The notes beneath the pieces were generated by a model. That model made no database searches and was not told the DNA's origin. It saw nothing but the letters and a program-made list of their open reading frames with translations. 64,000 nucleotides of DNA from Podarcis muralis. Lineage: Eukaryota. Below are positions 28,201 to 40,200 of the stretch, piece by piece; position 1 is the first letter of the stretch; every line of letters begins with the position of its first letter. The DNA lies in assembly GCF_964188315.1 (NCBI RefSeq), contig NC_135670.1, forward strand, positions 15,996,001-16,060,000, read 5' to 3'. A program made the translations under genes and the position numbers.

Positions 28201-28964
28201 TGCTCCTGGCTACACTCTGGGGGAGGAGAGCCCCATCACTTTGCCAGCGGCCTTCTCCCCAACAGCCGGGGAAGGTTTGGGAGCAGTGGGCGGTACGCCA
28301 CATAAAGTCACAAATATAAGCCGCACTTATATTATGCATGGGTGGAATTTGGGGGGGCGGGAGATTGTGGCTTATATTCAGGCCAATACGGTAAAAACTG
28401 TTATAATTGATGCTTGTGAAGTGGGTGGGAAAAATGAATGGTGATCATCCAGTTATATGTTGGTATTGGGCACACCAAGCAGAAAGTCTAGGATCGTGCA
28501 AGATTAAATAGGGCATTTGGATAGAATCTGAGCTCCAGTGAAATTCCTGGAGCCAACATTGTACTAGGTTTAAAGTTCTATGTTTCAGATGCCGCAAACG
28601 TATTTAAAGTACAAACACACACAAATCCTGGGGGCTGTAGTTTTCCCCTAGGGCTACAATTCCTAGTGCCCCTTGTCAAGCTACAGTTCACAGGATTCTT
28701 TGGGGGCAGTGCTTTAAATGTATGGTATGTATACAGCCATAGTATAAAGACCAGTTGGCAACTTGTGTTATCTTACAAATCACAGGAGTATAGGATGGGA
28801 ATTCTGCCTCTCCCAAGATTATTGTTCTTACTGACAAAATGTTTTCTCCACCTTAGACTGCCGTCCTCCTCCTGCGTATTGATGACATTGTTTCGGGCCA
28901 TAAGAAGAAAGGAGACGATCAAAGCCAGCAGCAGCCAGGAGCCCCAGATGGACCCCAAGAGTAA
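16229..28964 (+). CDS. CCT3: T-complex protein 1 subunit gamma (chaperonin CCT/TRiC), 14 coding exons, 546 aa
   Basis: Exons 16229-16259, 19720-19781, 20449-20499, 20628-20690, 21613-21709, 22461-22578, 23151-23337, 23844-23993, 24543-24675, 24773-24854, 25511-25691, 26555-26800, 27194-27325, 28857-28964 (1641 nt), all GT-AG with consistent phases. Contains MMGQRPVLVLSQNTKRE, TNDGNAILRE, EVGDGTTSV and LVPGGGASE. Confidence 0.99.
18307..18637. mobile_element. hAT-Charlie-like MITE (331 bp)
   Basis: 15-bp TIRs CAGGGGTCTGCAACC / GGTTGCAGACCCCTG; perfect 8-bp TSD TTCTAGAC (18299-306, 18638-45), the NTCTAGAN target typical of Charlie elements. Confidence 0.92.
18663..19192 (-). mobile_element. 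5'-truncated L1/Tx1-type LINE (ORF2 C-terminus, 3' UTR, polyA)
   Basis: Minus strand encodes LAEMTGRIRDQGEESVEEDWKKFKVYLQKYCKINEC*, then an AT-rich UTR, AATAAA and a poly(A). Flanked by GGTTGGGGG(G)AAATA repeats (18649-62, 19193-207). Confidence 0.7.
21148..21452 (-). mobile_element. Sauria SINE (subfamily B, internally deleted), CCT3 intron 4
   Basis: 12-bp TSD ACGGCCAATATA (21136-47, 21453-64); near-identical to the 60158 copy except for two internal deletions. Confidence 0.92.
23565..23689 (-). mobile_element. Sauria SINE 3' fragment
   Basis: AAAGGTAAAGG tail plus CGCTCATCTCGC..GGGAGCCGGCG..GGTCATGTGG body. Confidence 0.75.
27881..28391. mobile_element. Tc1/mariner-type MITE in CCT3 intron 13
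   Basis: TA-CCATATTGGC..AATATAAG / CTTATATT..GGCCAATACGG-TA termini; GC-rich internally repetitive core. Confidence 0.72.
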
Positions 28965-29233
28965 CTTTGTGGAGTTTGTAAAGCTATAGGGAAAGCCATG
29001 CGCTGGGATAGCTGGTCATGGAAACCACCTGGATTGATTTTGAGTTCTGCTTTTCTTCTCTCTCCCCTCCCCCACCTGGGTTCAAGGGCAGTCAGTGTCC
29101 AAATACCAATTTGTTTCAAGCTTGAAGCGGAGAGGAAAAAGGAAGGCCAATGATGCGTTGGTTACCCCCATTCTGTTAAGGAGACACTGACGCTTTATTT
29201 AAACGTATACTGTAGCTTCTTTGTGGCTTTATT

Positions 29234-29239
29234 AATAAA
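29234..29239 (+). terminator. CCT3: CCT3 polyadenylation signal AATAAA
   Basis: 270 nt after the stop, followed by a U-rich downstream element. Confidence 0.75.
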
Positions 29240-29706
29240 AATGTCACCACATTCATAGATCAATTTTCTTTGTCACTTCTTCCTGTCCATAGCTGTAATG
29301 AGACTTTTTTCTGTGGTGTGGTCTCAAATCCAGCTGCTTTGGAGCAGTTTCACACTTTGTGCACCAGCATAGCCAGGCTTGCCTTGGGCAAGGGCTACAG
29401 CCATACTCTTCTGTCTTGTGCATGTATCTTAAGCACTTGATTGATACACTGAAATATTTTTGAAAATGTCCATTTTTTCCTCCCCTAAGGGAACTCCAAA
29501 CAGTTAACATCAAGCAATATTAATACTTGATGTCATATCAAAGGTATGATGAAACCATTACAGAACTGGTAAGCAGAACAGAGTGCCAGTTTAGTTTTCC
29601 CCAGTTTAGCACAACTTAAACAAGCCAGGTCTTCACCAGCCACCAGAAGGCATATAGTGAGGTGACCATATGAGAGGGCACTCCACAATGCTGGCCCCAC
29701 AATCAT

Positions 29707-32407
29707 TAGGAAGTCATTAGTTTGCATCAGGCGTCCTACTGGGAAGACCCAGTTTTCTGAGTGCATGTTCTGGAAGTTGGGCAATAGGGGCAGTACAGGA
29801 TTCCTTTTGGTGTACCGACCTCCCCGCTGCACCAAGGATTCCCTGTCCGAGCTGCTTCAGGTCGTGGCGGATGTTCTCCTGGAGACACCTAGTTTGGTTG
29901 TCCTAGGGGATTTTAACATCCATGCCGACACGACCTTACAAGGGGCCGCTCGGGACTTCGTGGAAAGCATGGCTTCCATGGGGCTGTCCCTGAATAAGTT
30001 GGGCCCAACTCATAGTCATGGACATGCCTTAGATCTGGTATTCACCTCTAGTGACGTGGGTGATCTGACACTAAGTAAAAGTGAAACTAAAGAAGTGCCA
30101 TGGTCAGATCACTTCCTGGTGCAACTGGACTTCTCTGCGACCCTTCCCCTCTGCAGGGAGGTGGGACCAATTCGGATGGTCCGCCCCCGCCACTTAATGG
30201 ATCCAAATGGTTTCCAGAGAGTGGTAGGGGATGCTTTATCCCATGTTGATGGCCTTTCAGCTGATTCCCTGGTGGCCCGCTGGAATGTGGAGTTAACCAG
30301 GGCTATCGACTGTCTGGCTCCGAAGCGCCCTCTCCAATTGCATGGAGCCCGGACAGCCCCGTGGTTTTCTTCGGAGCTGAGGGCGATGAAACAATCGCTG
30401 AGACGGCTAGAGCGTCGGTGGCAGAAAACTCACTCCGAATCTGACCGGACACAGGTTAGAGCTAAACGTCGAGCCTACCAAGTGGCGATAGCGACGGCGA
30501 AGAAGACTTTCTTCACCGCCTCTATTGCATCTGCAGAAAATAGTAGCAGGAGACTCTTTCAGGTGGTCCGCAATTTAACGGAACCACCTTTAACACCGGG
30601 GCCTTGTAAAGACCCCAAGATCTCCTGCAACGATTTTGCAAAGTTTTTTGTAGATAAAATCACTCATATTCGGAAGGAGCTAGACACCACCGTGGGAGCA
30701 GGGCTGGGGCGGGAGAGTGCTAGAGCTCTGTCTGGTCAAGTTGCATGGAACCAATTTCAATCCGTTACCCCTGAGGATGTGGACAGGCTGCTTGGACGCG
30801 TGAAACCAACTACCTGTCTCTTTGATCCTTGCCCATCCTGGCTAATAAAAGCAAGCCGGGAAGGGCTGGGCGATGGGTTCTGCGGGGTGGTGAATGCTTC
30901 CCTCTGTGAGGGAACATTCCCAGATCCGCTGAAAGAGGCGGTCATTAAACCGCTTCTTAAAAACCCATCTTTAGACCCGGCCAGTATGGCCAACTATCGC
31001 CCAGTCTCAAATCTTCCATTCTTGGGCAAGGTGATTGAGCGTGTGGTTGCTGAACAACTCCAGGCACGCCTGGAGGATGCGGACCATTTGGATCCCTTCC
31101 AATCGGGGTTCAGGCCTCATCATGGGACTGAAACTGCCTTGGTCGCACTGGTTGATGATCTCCGGCGAGCTAGGGACAAAGGTGAGAGCTGTTTCCTAGT
31201 TCTGCTGGATCTCTCAGCGGCCTTTGATACAATCGACCATAACATCCTTCTGGACCGTCTAGAGGGGTTGGGAGCTGGGGGCACTGTTATACAGTGGTTC
31301 CGCTCCTTCCTCCTGGGCCGTGTTCAGAAAGTAGTGGTGGGGGATGAGTGTTCAGACCCTTGGGCCCTCACTTGTGGGGTACCTCAGGGTTCCGTCCTCT
31401 CCCCCATGCTTTTTAACATCTATATGAAGCCGCTGGGAGAGATCATCAGGGGGTTTGGACTGGGTGTCCATCAATATGCAGATGATACCCAGCTCTACCT
31501 CTCTTTCAAATCAGAGCCAGTGAAGGCGGTGAAGGTCCTGTGTGAGTGCCTGGAGGCGGTTGGAGGATGGATGGCGGCTAATGGGTTGAAGTTGAATCCT
31601 GACAAGACAGAAGTACTGTTTTTGGGGGACAGGGGGCGGGCTGGTGTGGAGGACTCCCTGGTCCTGAATGGGGTAACTGTGCCCCTGAAGGACCAGGTGC
31701 GTAGCCTGGGAGTCATTTTGGACTCACAGCTGTCCATGGAGGCGCAGGTCAATTCTGTATCCAGGGCAGCTGTCTACCAACTCCACCTGGTACGCAGGCT
31801 GAGACCCTACCTGCCCGCGGACTGTCTCGCCAGAGTGGTGCATGCTCTAGTTATCTCCCGCTTGGACTACTGCAATGCGCTCTACGTGGGGCTACCTTTG
31901 AAGGTGACTCGGAAACTACAGCTAATCCAGAATGCGGCAGCTAGACTGGTGACTGGGGGCGGCCGCCGAGACCACATAACACCGGTCTTGAAAGACCTAC
32001 ATTGGCTCCCAGTACGTTTCCGAGCACAATTCAAAGTGCTGGTGTTGACCTTTAAAGCCCTAAATGGCCTCGGCCCAGTATACCTGAAGGAGCGTCTCCA
32101 CCCCCATCGTTCTGCCCGGACGCTGAGGTCCAGCGCCGAGGGCCTTCTGGCGGTTCCCTCATTGCGAGAAGCAAAGCTACAGGGAACCAGGCAGAGGGCC
32201 TTTTCGGTAGTGGCGCCTGCCCTGTGGAATGCCCTCCCATCAGATGTCAAAACGATAAACAACTACCTGACATTCAGAAGACATCTTAAGGCAGCCCTGT
32301 TCAGGGAAGTTTTTAATGTATGATATTTTAGTGGGGTTTTGGTTTCTATGGAAGCCGCCCAGAGTGGCTGGGGAAACCCAGCCAGATGGGCGGGGTACAA
32401 ATAATAA

Positions 32408-32467
<60 letters not shown>
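29707..32467 (+). mobile_element. Young L2 LINE, 5'-truncated within the endonuclease domain, uninterrupted ORF2
   Basis: Open frame to 32323 with APE motifs (LVYRPP, VLGDFNIH, WSDH) and RT motifs ([25 protein letters not shown]). 3' UTR GCCGCCCAGAGTGGCTGGGG..CCAGATGGGCGGGG and a long (TTA)n tail at ~32404-32467. Confidence 0.95.
29765..32323 (+). CDS. L2 ORF2 remnant, 852 aa from an internal Met (partial APE plus complete RT)
   Basis: ORF track; no stops or frameshifts; motifs as above. Confidence 0.85.
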   Translation: MFWKLGNRGSTGFLLVYRPPRCTKDSLSELLQVVADVLLETPSLVVLGDFNIHADTTLQGAARDFVESMASMGLSLNKLGPTHSHGHALDLVFTSSDVGDLTLSKSETKEVPWSDHFLVQLDFSATLPLCREVGPIRMVRPRHLMDPNGFQRVVGDALSHVDGLSADSLVARWNVELTRAIDCLAPKRPLQLHGARTAPWFSSELRAMKQSLRRLERRWQKTHSESDRTQVRAKRRAYQVAIATAKKTFFTASIASAENSSRRLFQVVRNLTEPPLTPGPCKDPKISCNDFAKFFVDKITHIRKELDTTVGAGLGRESARALSGQVAWNQFQSVTPEDVDRLLGRVKPTTCLFDPCPSWLIKASREGLGDGFCGVVNASLCEGTFPDPLKEAVIKPLLKNPSLDPASMANYRPVSNLPFLGKVIERVVAEQLQARLEDADHLDPFQSGFRPHHGTETALVALVDDLRRARDKGESCFLVLLDLSAAFDTIDHNILLDRLEGLGAGGTVIQWFRSFLLGRVQKVVVGDECSDPWALTCGVPQGSVLSPMLFNIYMKPLGEIIRGFGLGVHQYADDTQLYLSFKSEPVKAVKVLCECLEAVGGWMAANGLKLNPDKTEVLFLGDRGRAGVEDSLVLNGVTVPLKDQVRSLGVILDSQLSMEAQVNSVSRAAVYQLHLVRRLRPYLPADCLARVVHALVISRLDYCNALYVGLPLKVTRKLQLIQNAAARLVTGGGRRDHITPVLKDLHWLPVRFRAQFKVLVLTFKALNGLGPVYLKERLHPHRSARTLRSSAEGLLAVPSLREAKLQGTRQRAFSVVAPALWNALPSDVKTINNYLTFRRHLKAALFREVFNV

Positions 32468-32469
<2 letters not shown>

Positions 32470-32916
32470 GAGACCCTGTTCTTCATGCAACATACAAAAA
32501 CTACTGGACATAAAACTGTTACCAAATGCGTTTTGACCCTCAAGTGTTCCTTAGTGGTCCTAATTGCATATATATACCTACATCCAGTTTGGCGTGAACT
32601 TCAGATGTTGGGAAACAATGTACAAACATCCCAGAAACCAATTGGTAGCCACTACAGTCAGCCCAGGATCAGTATAATATGCTCAAACTGTCTTGCCCCT
32701 GGAGAGCAATCTGGCCACTGAATTCTGCACTTGCTGAAGTTTCCAAACTCTTCAGAGGCATACCATGTAAAAACCATATAAACAAGTTTAAAACACATCA
32801 TGTACTCTTAATTACCTGTATAGGCCTGGCGGAATAGAAAACTTCAAAGGCATTTAAAAGTTGAAACAGAAGGTGCCTGCTGCATCTTCATTGATGAGTA
32901 TCCCACAATACTAGGC

Positions 32917-33492
32917 TTGATCTCTGCAGATGGTGACAGCAGTCACGAAATTAAAAGACGCCTGCTCCTTGGAAGAAAGGCGATGGCAAACCTAGACAAC
33001 ATATTAAAAAGCAGAGACATCACTTTGCCAACAAAGGTCCGTATAGTTAAAGCCATAGTTTTCCCAGTAGTAATGTATGGAAGTGAGAGCTGGACCATAA
33101 AGAAGGCTGATCGCCGAAGAATTGATGCTTTTGAATTATGGTGCTGGAGGAGACTCTTGAGAGTCCCATGGACTGCAAGAAGATCAAACGCATCCATTCT
33201 TAAGGAAATTAGCCCTGGGTGCTCACTGGAAGGACAGATCATGAAGCTGAGGCTCCAATACTTTGGCCACCTCATGAGAAGAGAAGACTCGCTGGAAAAG
33301 ACCCTGATGTTAGGAAAGAAGGAGGGCACAAGGAGAAGGGGACGACAGAGGACGAGATGGTTGGACAGTGTTCTTGAAGCGACAAACATGAGTCTGACCA
33401 AGCTGCGGGAGGCATTGGAAAACAGAGGTCCCTGGCGTGCTCTGGTCCATGGGGTCACGAAGAGTCGGACACGACTAAACAAGTAAACAACA
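32917..33492 (+). mobile_element. BovB (RTE) LINE 3' fragment
   Basis: [67 protein letters not shown] is the BovB ORF C-terminus; (CAA) tail. Confidence 0.93.
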
Positions 33493-33599
33493 AAGCTGAT
33501 AAAATTAAAGGCTGTTTCTTCTTTGCAAATGAGCCTCACCAACTTAGGGAATGGCCAGTGATGCTCCTGCTGATGATCTCTGATGGAGCTGGGGTATAT

Positions 33600-33835
33600 A
33601 TAAGGTAACCTAGACCTAAGTTCAGGACTTTGTAAACTAATCTGGCTTGGTAGAAGATAGGCAGCCAGACAAAGATATCCCATGTTCTTGGCCAGATGCC
33701 CCCACCAGCAGTCTGGCACCAGCTGCAGCTTCTGAACTAGACCCAAGGGCAGCCCCACATCAAGCACATTACAAGTAGTCCAGCCTTGACGTTACCAATG
33801 CATGGAATACAGTGATCAGGCTCTCCCTGCCCAGG
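33600..33835 (-). mobile_element. Old L2 fragment
   Basis: Degenerate HALVTSRLDY..GLPL.LVQKLQLV on the minus strand. Confidence 0.6.
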
Positions 33836-34231
33836 AACAGCTCTAGCTGAGAACCTGGCAAAGCCATCCAAGTTGGTGCCTCCAGTGGCAGCAACCTCCA
33901 TAGCTTGTGAACTATGTGAAGGACTTTATTTTACATATAAAGTTGCTTCCAACAGAATACAGAAAAGACAGCGAAAAAACAGGCTTTTGGGGGAGGCATT
34001 TGGTTAGCCATTGTGAGGCCAGGATGTGGGATGGATGGCCCTTTGAACATGCACCATGGCCCTGTTATTCTGGTCCACAAGCCTCCGTGCTTTTCCTTCT
34101 GCTGCAAGAATCCGGGTTCCGTTCCATTCTCTCCCAAGAAAAGAAACCCAGCAAGCCGACTCCTCCACGCAGCGGCCCCTTTAAGAGCCTCCTCCCTTTT
34201 TAAGAATGAACCGGAATGATCAGCTGCAGGC

Positions 34232-34240
34232 GTCACGTGG
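34232..34240 (+). promoter_or_regulatory. GLMP: CLEAR / E-box element (TFEB/TFE3/MITF type) in the GLMP promoter
   Basis: GTCACGTGG 30 nt upstream of the GLMP ATG, one mismatch from GTCACGTGA(C); ETS-like CCGGAA at 34211. Confidence 0.7.
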
Positions 34241-34270
34241 TCTTGCAGCCCAGGCAGTTGGAGGAGCGAC

Positions 34271-37200
34271 ATGCTGGCAGGCGGCGGCGGCTGGGTCTGG
34301 CTGCCCCTCCTGTGGCTGGTGGGGAGCTGGGCAGGGGATCCCGCCGGGTATAAGAGGAAGGTAGGACGGCCCAGGGGCCGGTGGGTGGATGCCCTCCTTG
34401 GAGGAGATTTATTTCTCAGGGATGTTTGAGGGCTGGGTGAGGTCAGCCGCTGCCAGCCTGGGCTGGCTCATGGTGGCTGGGGCTGATGGGAGCTGTAGTC
34501 CAAAACATCTGGTGTAGGGGCAGGTTGGCAAAGGCTAGGAGCCTCGGGAACTGCCTTATGCAGAGTCAGAGCATTGGTTTATCTAGCTTAGTGTTGCCAG
34601 CACTGACTGGCAGCAGCAGCTCTCCTGGGTTCTGACCAGGGGACACTCCCAGCCCTACCTGCCTTATACTGACTCAGACCATGCTCTATCTAGCTCAGTA
34701 TTGTCTACACTGACTGGCAGCCATGGTTCTCCAGGATTTGTGGCAGGAAGTCTATTCCATCCCTACCTGGAGATGATGTTGGGGATTGAATTTAGGAGCT
34801 TTTAACATACAACCCAGGTGCTCTCCCACTGAGCTGTAGCTCCTTCTAGTATCATGGGAAGTTGCCTTATACCAAGTCCGACCATTGGTCCATCTAGCTC
34901 AGTATTGCATGCACCGGTTGGCAGTGGCATTCCGGGGTTTCAGGCAAGGATTCTATTCCAACCCTACCTGGAGATGCTATTGGGGATCGTACCTGGGATC
35001 TTCTGCATGCAAAGCAAATGCTCTCCAGCCTTTCTCAACCTGTGGGTCCCCGGATGTTGTTGAACTACAACTCCCATCACCCCTAGCTAGCAAGGCCAGA
35101 GCTCAGGGATGATGGAAGTAGTAGTCCAACAACATCTGGGGACCCACAGGTTGAGAACCGCTGCGAGTCTACCCACTGAGGTGCAGATGACCCTGATAAA
35201 TGTTCTGTACCCCGAGAATGGGGTGTCCCTGTGGTCGCTCAGGTGTTGTTGGGCTCCATCGCCCATCCGCCTGGCAATGTAGTTCAGCAACACCTGAAGC
35301 TTTATTTTTACATGATAATTTACACTTATTATATTTTATTTTTTCTGTTACGCTTGTTGAAGGAAAGGAAAGTGGGGGGCAGGAGAGAGAACGACCAGTG
35401 AAGATGAGAAAAACAGGAAGAGAGAGGAAAACTGTGCTGTGTTGTGGGTGGATTTTAGGACTAGGGGATTTCCATGTGGGTTTCAACCATTTCAAAGACT
35501 AATCCCAACTTTGAATCTTGTTCTGCCAAATGGGAGCCAGTTGTTGTTTTTTAACCACTGTGTTTTTTTATGAGTTCCAAATCCTTGCTCCGTCATAAAG
35601 CCCTGCAAGATTCCTCTTGGGGGTAGTCACCATTTCTGTTTTATATTTTAATCCTCCTTCCTCTCAGTTGCTCAGGAAGGCATGGTTTCCCCTCTGTGTT
35701 ATCCTCACAGCATCCGTGTAAGGTAGGGCAAGGCAGAATTTAAGTGCCTGGGCCACAGAGGTCACCCAGTGAGCTTCATGGCTCAGTGGGGATTTGAACC
35801 CGTAGCCTGACACTCAGTCCACTAAACAAGTCCACCTCTTAGCCTGGCCCACCTCGTAAGGTTGTTGTGAGGGTGAGATGGAAGCAGAGCCATACATCTG
35901 CCACCTTGAGCTTCCTGGGAGGAAGTGTGGGGTTAAAATACAAAAAAAAGGATGCATGTGCATGTTTTTAAAATGGCAGATCCAATCTTGTAAGCTGGGA
36001 TTCACAACTAAACCAAGACTCTGAGCTTTTTGAAGACAGTGTGTTCCTGCGTTGTCTGATTTTTGCCTCCCAAAAATCTTGCGCCAGGGCCAAATCTGAC
36101 TCCTGGGAATCTCAGCTTGTTCCTCTGATCTCTGGATGGGGCACCAGTGTGTTAGACTTCTCTGGTGCCCTGTTTTTTATACTGAGGGTGAGGAGATCAA
36201 CAGGGGTCCCAAGCAGGAGTTTCAGACTCTCAAATCCTGCCTTTGGCCTGTGAAAAATATGTAGGTGTGCATTGGTATTCCCTGCTTAGAAGCCAGTTCA
36301 GGAGTCTGTAGGGATTTTTCTCCTGGTGAGACACTACCACCAAGTTGCAAAGTTAGGGAATCAAATCTGTTCATTTCCTGTCAGTGTTTGGGGGTGTAAT
36401 AAAACCCACATTCCAACCTCATTGCCTGCTTTCCCACTCTAAGCTGCTTGGGCTGAGGCAAATTACAGGTATGTTTGTGTTAAAAAAAAATACTTTTTTA
36501 TTGACCTTTTTAAAACCAAGGCCCAAAATGCACTGCACTAAAAATACAAGGAAGGAAAATGGTGATCTTCCCTTAGTTCCACAATCACTTTTGGTTTCAC
36601 AGTACATTAATATTTTTTAAAATAGAGATTTGTCCTTATTTGCTGGGCTAACAGTGCCTCAGAAAGAAGAGTAATAAACCCTGTCCTGGACTGCCTTTCT
36701 CAATATGGTTAGAAGTTCTTTTCTTTAACTTCTAAAAGTTGTCAACCCTAGAATAAGTTTTTAGTGAGCTGATAAGTAAGGCAAGTATTAATTGCTTTTC
36801 AGTTATGTAATACTTTCAGTTCGTTCTTTTTTTTACAGTGGGAATTAGATATGCTGATCTGGTCATATTTCAGTGTTTTGAAATGGCCATTGCCAGCCAG
36901 CTGCCCTCCAGTTGTTTTGACAAAGGCAGGAGGGATTTGCAATTCAAAACTTCTAGATCCTAAGTTGGCATTGGATTGTAGTTTCCTTTGAAAATAAACT
37001 AAATGAAGCTCAAAACACTCTCTTCTCTGACAGTTCTCTACACCTTGGGAGGGATTTTTGCGTGCCCTCTATCCCCACCCAGCACTGGCGTGAGTCTCCC
37101 AGAAGATTGCCCAGATGTTGAGTGTTGGACTAAAACCCTGGGCAAGACCAGGATTCGAATCCGCACTCAGCTATGAAGCTCATTAGGTGACCTTGGGCCA

Positions 37201-40200
37201 GTCACTGCTTCTCTCAACCTAACCTACCTCACAGGGTTGTTGTGCGGATAAAAATGGGGAGGAGGAGAGGACAATGTATGCCATTTCCTACTCCTTGGAA
37301 GAAAGAAGGTGGGATGCAATAAATAAATAAGTGAAACACTCTTAGGCCACAGGTAATGAAAAGCCCATAAGGGACCACAGAGCCTAGGACTTTCCGATCA
37401 GATGGTCAGCGGTTCGAATCCCCGCGACGGGGTGAGCTCCCGTTGCTCGGTCCCTGCTCCTGCCAACCTAGCAGTTCGAAAGCACGTCAAAGTGCAAGTA
37501 GATAAATAGGTACCACTCCGGTGGGAAGGTAAAACGCTGTTTCCGTATGCTGCTCTGGTTAGCCAGAAGTGGCTCAGTCATGCTGGCCACATGACCCGGA
37601 AGCTGTATGCCGGCTCCCTCGGCCAATAGAGCGAGATGAGCGCTGCAACCCCAGAGTCGCCTGCGACTGGACCTAACGGTCAGGGGTCCCTTTACCCTTT
37701 ACCTAATGAAAAGCCCAAGGCCTGGCAAATAAGAAGTGTTTATGCCTGGTGCCTAAAGATACGTAATGACGACTTTGCCCGGCGTTTGTGAAGCAGATTT
37801 AACACCCTGGTGGGGACGCCCATTTCCAGGTCTCCCTGGAGTATAACCCGGGCTGGAACAGCTCTGCCGTGAACCTCCTGCACGTCCGGGCGGTGGGTCT
37901 CAACGACACCATCCATTATGTCTGGAGTACCATCGGGGCACCCACTGTGTTGCTGGTCTACACAAGAAGCCAGAGCAGTGGTCTCCACGTCAACTGGACC
38001 CGGCTCCTCTCCCCCTCGCCCTCCGGAGCCATCCAGGTCGAGCCAGCTGGAAGCGTTTTGTATTCCATGGCTGTCATCTTTTCCAAGGTAAGCTTGGGGG
38101 GCTGCAGAGTCTGAAATGAAGGCAGGAGGTGGTGTGTGGGGTCATCCAAGTGGGGTGGAACGAGAATGGCAGCAGTGGGGAGAAAAGGGGTGTGAATATA
38201 GCTGCTCCAGGACGTTGGGCATCATCTGGCTAGCCACTATGAGAACACGGTGCTGGGCTAGATGGGGCCTACTTTGGCCTAATCCAGCTGGGCTCATCCT
38301 ACATTAACACGGATGTTTCTAGGTGTTTGAGTACAACGGTACAAAGACCTCGGATCTCTCCAAAGCTAATGCAAGCAGCTTCTACCCCACCTATGATTTG
38401 GCCAACTTCACCTGGGACAGCCTTGATGGCCAGCTGAACGAGACTACTTTGACAGCGACGTTTCAGGGGGTTGGCCCCGACTCTGGAGGAACCTTCCGGA
38501 ACGGAAGCATCTCCTTCCAGGTAAAAAAGGGCGTGGCTTCCCCTCCGACAGGTCAGAGAGCCAGTCGCTGCGTGTTGTCATGACAGGCTGTTGCAAATCA
38601 TGCCATGTATCTAATCAGTGATGCAAGGTGGATTTTTTCTCTCTTTGACAATGGATGGGTGTCAGTTGCAAATAAATATAAGGCGGCTTCGTTGTTGTTT
38701 TTTTCAAACTTGGTTCGCTAGATGCAAGTCAAATAAACATGCTAAATTACATCACTTTTTCGGGAGGGCATGGGGAACATCTGTGGCTGCGCATAGTTAA
38801 ACTATGGCACTCGCTGCCACGGGAGTCAGGGATGGTCACCAATTTGGATGGCTTTGAAAGAGGATTTGACAGATTCATGGAGGAGAAAGCTATCAATGGC
38901 TACTAGCCGTAATGACTATAGTCTGTCTCCATACTTGGAGGCAGCAAAGCTTATGAATACTAGCTATGGAAACCACAGGAGTGGAGAAGGCTCTTGTGCT
39001 CAGGTGCTGCTTTTGGGTTTCCCACAATAATAATTTATTACTTATACCCCGCCCATCTGGCCAGGCCTCTCCAGCCATAATGGGCATCTGGTTGGCCACT
39101 GTGGGAACAGGATGCTGGACTAGATGGGCCACTGGCCTGATCCAGCAGGTTCTTCTTAAGAGAAATACAAGGAATGGAAGGAGGGTTGGGGAACCTTTGG
39201 CCCTCCATATCCAGCCCCCATTGTCTCCATTGGCCATACTGTTTGGGCCTCATTGGCAGTCCAAAGATACACCTGGACAGCTGTGGCTTCTCCCCCCTGG
39301 GCTGTTTTTATCCAGCTGTGCCACAGCGCGTCTCTCACAACTGCAGGGCATGCACTGTGAGACTCTCTTGCCTAACCAGCCAACTTTCCACCGTTGGCGG
39401 TCCCCATCGCTGCTCCCCAGGTGACGGCGTACGAAGAGACCAGCCGCGACGGCCCGCTTCCGCGTCTCCTGCACACGGCCAACAGCTCCAAGGTGGACTT
39501 TGTCATGCGCGGGGTCGCTCCTCGGGGCAACCGCTCTCGCTTTGCGCTGGAGATCGTCACCGTGGAGGAGAGAGGCGGGCAGAAGCAGCTGGAATCCACC
39601 CGCTCGATCGACGACGAGTATACGCCAACCATATTCGAGGTAATCCCGCTGCTGGGGTATGAAACGTGCAGAAAGGGTGCCTCTGAAACGCGTGCAGAGT
39701 GTCATTTCCTAGCCACGCTTAGCTCCAAGTAATGAGGTTAGGAAAAGGGGCTTCTGGCTTAAGAGGGTACCAGGGAGGGAGGTATTAGCCCTAAAATCCC
39801 AAACTGAGGTTGGATGGCCATCGGCCAGGGATTCCTTAGCTGTGATTCCTGCATCGCAGGGCGTTGGGACTAGAGGGCTCTTGGGTCCCCTTCTACCTCT
39901 ATGATTTCTCTTGCCTGGAAATTATTTATTTACCGTATTTTTCCACGTATAACATGCCCCCATGTATAAGACGACCCCTATTTTTTGGGACTCCAAATTG
40001 AGGATATGGGGGGGAGATTGCCCACAGTTGTTGAGCTTTTGGGGGGGGGGAGTATTGCTAACAATTGCTCACCCGCCTGACTGCCACTGCCAATCCCACG
40101 CATCGATGAAGCCACCAATCACCTGCCCGCTCGCCACCAGCAGTTGCTAATCTCCCGCCCAAATGCCGCAGCAGCAAATCGCCAGCAGACCTTGCCGCAG

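Noticed and set aside
27869-28444. Several overlapping 128-156-aa ORFs in CCT3 intron 13
   Set aside because: GC-rich interior of a non-autonomous MITE; no transposase motifs.
32263-32721. Poly-Ile, poly-Leu and poly-Tyr ORFs
   Set aside because: Translations of the L2 (TTA)n tail.
32943-33767. 274-aa minus-strand ORF (and similar 51918-52397, 58946-59224)
   Set aside because: Antisense frame of BovB, here fused by chance to an old L2 fragment.
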